DNA of 55,672 nucleotides from Basidiobolus ranarum (Eukaryota): NCBI GenBank assembly GCA_040143965.1, contig JASJQH010006887.1, positions 1 to 55,672 of the forward strand, read 5' to 3'. Shown piece by piece: positions 50,901 to 55,672 of this stretch (position 1 is its first letter; each line of letters starts with the position of its first letter). The notes under the pieces were generated by a model. It saw only the letters and a program-made list of their open reading frames with translations, ran no database searches and was not told where the DNA came from. The position numbers and the translations under genes were made by a program.

Positions 50901-53900
50901 AAGATGGCTATTCGTGGATCAAATGAATCCCAAGCTGATAGCCGATCTGTAAACACGGATGTATCGTTATTGATGATGGGAATGGGTCCTTCATCTGAAG
51001 ACTACTTTCCAACGGTGGTTTTCAATGCTTTACTCAAGATTCTGCGTGATCCTTCCCTCAGTGCCTATCACACTGAGGTCGTACAAGCCATTATGTACAT
51101 CTTCAAAACACTGGGTCTCAAATGTGTCTCTTTCTTGCCACAAATCTTACCTACATTCTTAAGCGTCATGAGAACTTCTCCACCTCGTATATTGGAGTTT
51201 CACTTTCAGCAGCTTGGTATTTTAGTCTCTGTTGTAAAGCAACATATTAGAAACTATCTTCAGGATATCTTTTCATTGATTCAGGATTATTGGGATAATA
51301 CCTCGAATCTTCAGATATGTATTATTTCCTTGGTTGAGGCTATCTCTATTGCTTTGGAAGGCGAATTCAAAGTGCATCTACCAGCTTTTCTGCCTCATAT
51401 GCTACAAACTATAGACAGTGACATGTCTGAGAAACGACAGCCTACGCTTAAAGTATTGCATGCTTTTATTAAATTCGGATCTAGCATTGAGGAATACATG
51501 CATCTAATCATCCCAGTAATCGTGAAACTTTTCGAGAGAAGCGATACTCCTTTGGCTATTCGTAAAATTGCGATCCAGACCACCGGACATCTCTGCAAAA
51601 ACGTCAACTGCTGTGACCTTGCTTCTAGATTGATCCACCCTCTGTCAAGAGTGCTTAACAATCCTCAATATGAGTTGCGTACAGCTACGATGGATACCCT
51701 GTGTATTCTCGCATACCAACTTGGACCTGATTATGCAGTGTTTGCACCCACAGTAAAGAAGCTATTGATCAAGCATAGAATTCAACATCAAGAGTATGAA
51801 ATGCTAATTTCGAAACTTTTACGTAATGAACCTCTACCACGAGACTTAGGAAAGGTTCACGATGAGCGTTTAAACGATATGAAGTTAGAGGAATCCCCAG
51901 CAGACGTTGGCGCCATGAAAAAACTCCCAGTCAATCAACAGCACCTCAAACGTGCATGGGAAGCTACTCAACGATCCACTAAAGATGATTGGAATGAATG
52001 GATTCGACGATTAAGTGTGGAGCTGTTAAAGGAATCACCTTCTCCAGCTCTAAGAGCTTGTGCTACTAACTTGGCACCTGTATATTATCCCTTAGCCCGT
52101 GAACTTTTCAATGCAGGTTTTGTGTCTTGCTGGTCTGAGCTTGATGACAACTTTCAAGATGAACTTGTGAGATCGCTTGAGTTCGCCTTGAAATCTCCCA
52201 ATATTCCTCCAGAAATCCTTCAAATGCTCCTAAACCTTGCCGAATTTATGGAGCACGATGATAAACCTCTCCCTATTGATATTCGCACTCTGGGTGCCTT
52301 CGCTGCTAAATGTCACGCTTATGCTAAGGCGTTACACTATAAGGAATTGGAATTCATTTCTGAACCTTCTACTGAAACGACAGAAGCATTAATCAGTATC
52401 AATAATCAGCTACAGCAACCAGATGCGGCTGTTGGTATACTTACTTTTGCCCAACGTAATCATGACCTTGGTCTGAAAGAATCTTGGTATGAAAAGCTTC
52501 AAAGATGGGAGGACGCTCTTGCAGCCTATGAAAAGAAACAACTTGAGGATCCCAATTCATTTGATATCACAATGGGTCGTATGAGATGTTTACATGCCCT
52601 TGGTGAATGGGATGCACTCTCCCAATTAGCTCAAGAGAAATGGACGTATGCTGGCGAAGATATGCGTAGAGCAATTGCTCCTTTAGCAGCTGCGGCTGCT
52701 TGGGGTCTTGGACAATGGGAGATTATGGATGACTTTATTGCTGTCATGAAATCCGAATCCCCTGACCGCGCTTTCTTCCGCGCCATCTTGGCTTTACATA
52801 GGAATCAATTTCAACAAGCAGATCAATTTATCAACACAACTAGAGATCTTCTGGATACCGAACTAACAGCTCTAGTTGGTGAAAGTTATAGTCGAGCTTA
52901 TAGCGTCATTGTTAGAGTTCAGATGCTCGCAGAGTTGGAGGAAATCATCACTTATAAAAAATCATATGATTTACCTGACCGCCAAGCAATCATTCGTAAA
53001 ACTTGGGTTAAACGTCTCAAAGGCTGTCAGAGAAATGTAGAAGTTTGGCAGAGAATCCTGAAGATTCGTGCTTTAGTCATATCACCGAAAGAAGATATGG
53101 AGATGTGGATCAAGTTTGCCAATCTTTGTCGTAAAAGTGGGCGTCTGGGGCTTTCCGAGAAAACGCTCACCGGCTTGTTGGAGATAGAACAACCTAGCTT
53201 TGCGCAACTCCATGATTCAGATGCTCCACCACAAGTTGTTTATGCATATTTAAAACACAAATGGGCCACCGGACACAAAGATGACACCATCATATTCCTT
53301 CGCGAATTCACCACAATTAAGTCCAAAGAATTAGGATTTGATGAACATAATGTTGGTACTGAGATAGTGCACTCTGATTCTACTTACGAGGAGTACACTC
53401 GCCTCCTTGCTCGGTGCTACTTGAAGCAAGGGGAATGGCAAATGGCTTTACAAGATGATTGGAGTGAAGAAACGATTCCAGATATTCTTCGATCATACTA
53501 TCTTGCAACTCATTTCGACAAAGATTGGTACAAGGCCTGGCATGCTTGGGCTCTTGCCAACTTCGAGGTCATCACATATTATGAACGGTTAGGCGAGTCT
53601 GTTCCTTCGGAAATAATGACTGCGCATATTGTACCTGCAGTGCAAGGATTCTTCCGTTCAATTGCCCTGTCTAGTGGGAACAGTCTTCAAGATACTCTCA
53701 GACTTCTTACTTTATGGTTCAAGTTCGGATACCAACAAGAAGTTAGTGTTGCAATAAGCGAGGGATTCAATACTGTCAGTATTGATACTTGGTTGCAGGT
53801 TATTCCTCAGTTGATTGCCCGTATTCACGCGCCTAGTCCTAATGTACGCCGACTGATTCATCACTTACTGACTGATGTTGGCAAAGAGCATCCCCAAGCG

Positions 53901-55610
53901 TTAATTTATCCCTTAACTGTTGCCTCCAAGTCACTCAACGCCTCAAGAAAACGGGCAGCTTTAGCGATTATGGATAAAATGCGATCACATAGTGCTTTGT
54001 TAGTAGAACAGGCCTTGTTAGTAAGTCAAGAACTGATTCGTGTAGCCATTCTATGGCACGAAATGTGGCACGAAGGTTTGGAAGAGGCATCCCGTCTCTA
54101 CTTTGGTGACCGCAGTATTGAAGGAATGTTCGCTACATTAGAGCCACTCCACCAAATGCTTGAAAGAGGACCTGAGACATTACGTGAAATCTCCTTCAAT
54201 CAAGCATTTGGAAGGGATTTACAAGAAGCACAAGAGTGGTGTAAACGTTACAAACAAACGTTGGATGAGAACAATCTTCACCAAGCTTGGGATCTTTACT
54301 ATCAAGTGTTCAGACGTATCAACAAGCAACTGCCACAACTTACCACGCTGGAGCTCCAGTATGTCTCCCCCAGACTTCTTGCTGCTCAAGATCTGGAGCT
54401 TGCTGTTCCTGGTACTTATAAGAGTGGTGAGGAAATCATCAGAATTGCTCGCTGTGTTCCAACTTTCAACGTTATCACATCAAAACAACGCCCCCGAAAA
54501 TTCACTATTAAGGGTAGTGATGGGAAAGACTATATGTTCCTTCTAAAGGGTCATGAGGATTTGAGACAAGACGAACGTGTAATGCAATTGTTCGGTCTAG
54601 TCAACACCTTACTCGCCACTGATCCAGAAACATTCAAGAGACATCTTAATATCCAAAGATACTCTGTCACTCCACTTTCTCCCAACTCAGGGTTAATCGG
54701 ATGGTTGCCTAATACCGATACTTTCCACGCCTTAATCCGTGACTATCGTGAGAGTAGAAAGATTCTGCTTAACATTGAACATAGAATTATGCTGCAAATG
54801 GCGCCTGACTACGATAATCTGACTCTGATGCAAAAGGTGGAAGTTTTCGAATATGCCTTGGAACACACCACTGGTCAAGACTTATACCGTGTCTTGTGGC
54901 TGAAGAGTCGAAATTCGGAAGCATGGTTGGATCGCCGTACCAACTATACACGTTCGTTAGCGGTGATGTCTATGGTTGGCTATATTCTTGGTCTTGGGGA
55001 TCGACATCCTTCGAATCTGATGTTGGACAGATTCTCCGGAAAAGTGATACACATCGATTTCGGAGATTGCTTTGAAGTAGCTATGCATCGAGAGAAATTC
55101 CCCGAACGAATTCCATTCCGTTTAACTCGTATGTTAACCAATGCCATGGAAGTTAGTGGAATTGAGGGAAATTTCCGAACCACCTGCGAAAACGTTATGC
55201 GTGTTCTACGTGAAAACAAGGAGAGTTTAATGGCAGTGTTGGAGGCATTCGTGTATGATCCTTTGATCAATTGGCGTTTGTTGACGACACCAAGTCCCCA
55301 CCAAGATCCTCGTCAACCAACTAGCTCAGTTAGTGAAAATGTGGAAGATGGGTTCAGTCGAACAATGCCCTCAAGCCGTAGAATACATCCATTGGAGTAT
55401 GCTCAAGAAGAGGAACCAAATAACAATCCTGAAGTACTAAATCAAAAGGCCTTGACTGTAGTCAATAGAATTTCAAACAAGCTTACTGGACGTGATTTCA
55501 AACCGAACCAAACCTTGGATGTGTCCACTCAGGTAGAAAAATTAATCCAACAAGCTACTTCATTGGAGAATCTTTGTCAATGCTACATTGGCTGGTGAGC
55601 CTTCTGGTAA
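47938..55610 (+). CDS. TOR: TOR Ser/Thr kinase (HEAT-FAT-FRB-PIKK-FATC); 7 introns in the 5' part, last exon about 50456-55610 with an in-frame TGA at 55596
   Basis: FRB segment [19 protein letters not shown], kinase motifs [24 protein letters not shown] and [10 protein letters not shown], and [12 protein letters not shown]-(TGA)-AFW-TAA. The end is set at the TAA; if the TGA terminates, the end is 55598. Confidence 0.95.
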
Positions 55611-55672
55611 ATACAATCCCAACGCCCAACCCCGGCCCCCTCCGAGCCGCCCCCCTGGTGAATATGACACCC

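Noticed and set aside
12485-55610. GTR2 and TOR (both TORC1 pathway) in one window as a functional cluster
   Set aside because: They are more than 33 kb apart and separated by many unrelated genes; no evidence beyond coincidence.

Overview
This is AT-rich, intron-rich eukaryotic DNA with short GT-AG introns and CTAAC-type branch points. It most likely comes from an early-diverging fungus (Zoopagomycota/Mucoromycota-like; this is an inference from gene content and intron style). The window holds about 23 compact genes, mostly housekeeping: ATP16, TPA1, ECM31/panB, HAT1, PRO1, GTR2, BCP1, SMT3, TAF8, PTH1, a Siva-like zinc protein, a PH-domain protein, an L-type lectin, KAP104, COA1, JAC1, RPN14, epsin, a head-to-head HSP60/HSP10 pair, CDC45, COG5 and TOR. 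The left end is accessory: a truncated secreted Gly/Asn repeat protein and a degraded phage-type (GH24) lysozyme pseudogene, neither shown in the ORF track. The most striking observation is at the end of TOR. The conserved FATC cysteine codon is TGA, followed in frame by the intact Ala-Phe-Trp-TAA terminus (GW-TGA-AFW*). This could be recoding (Sec or readthrough), a nonsense allele, a splice donor, or a base-call error near the window end. All protein identities come from recognising motifs by eye; no searches were run.
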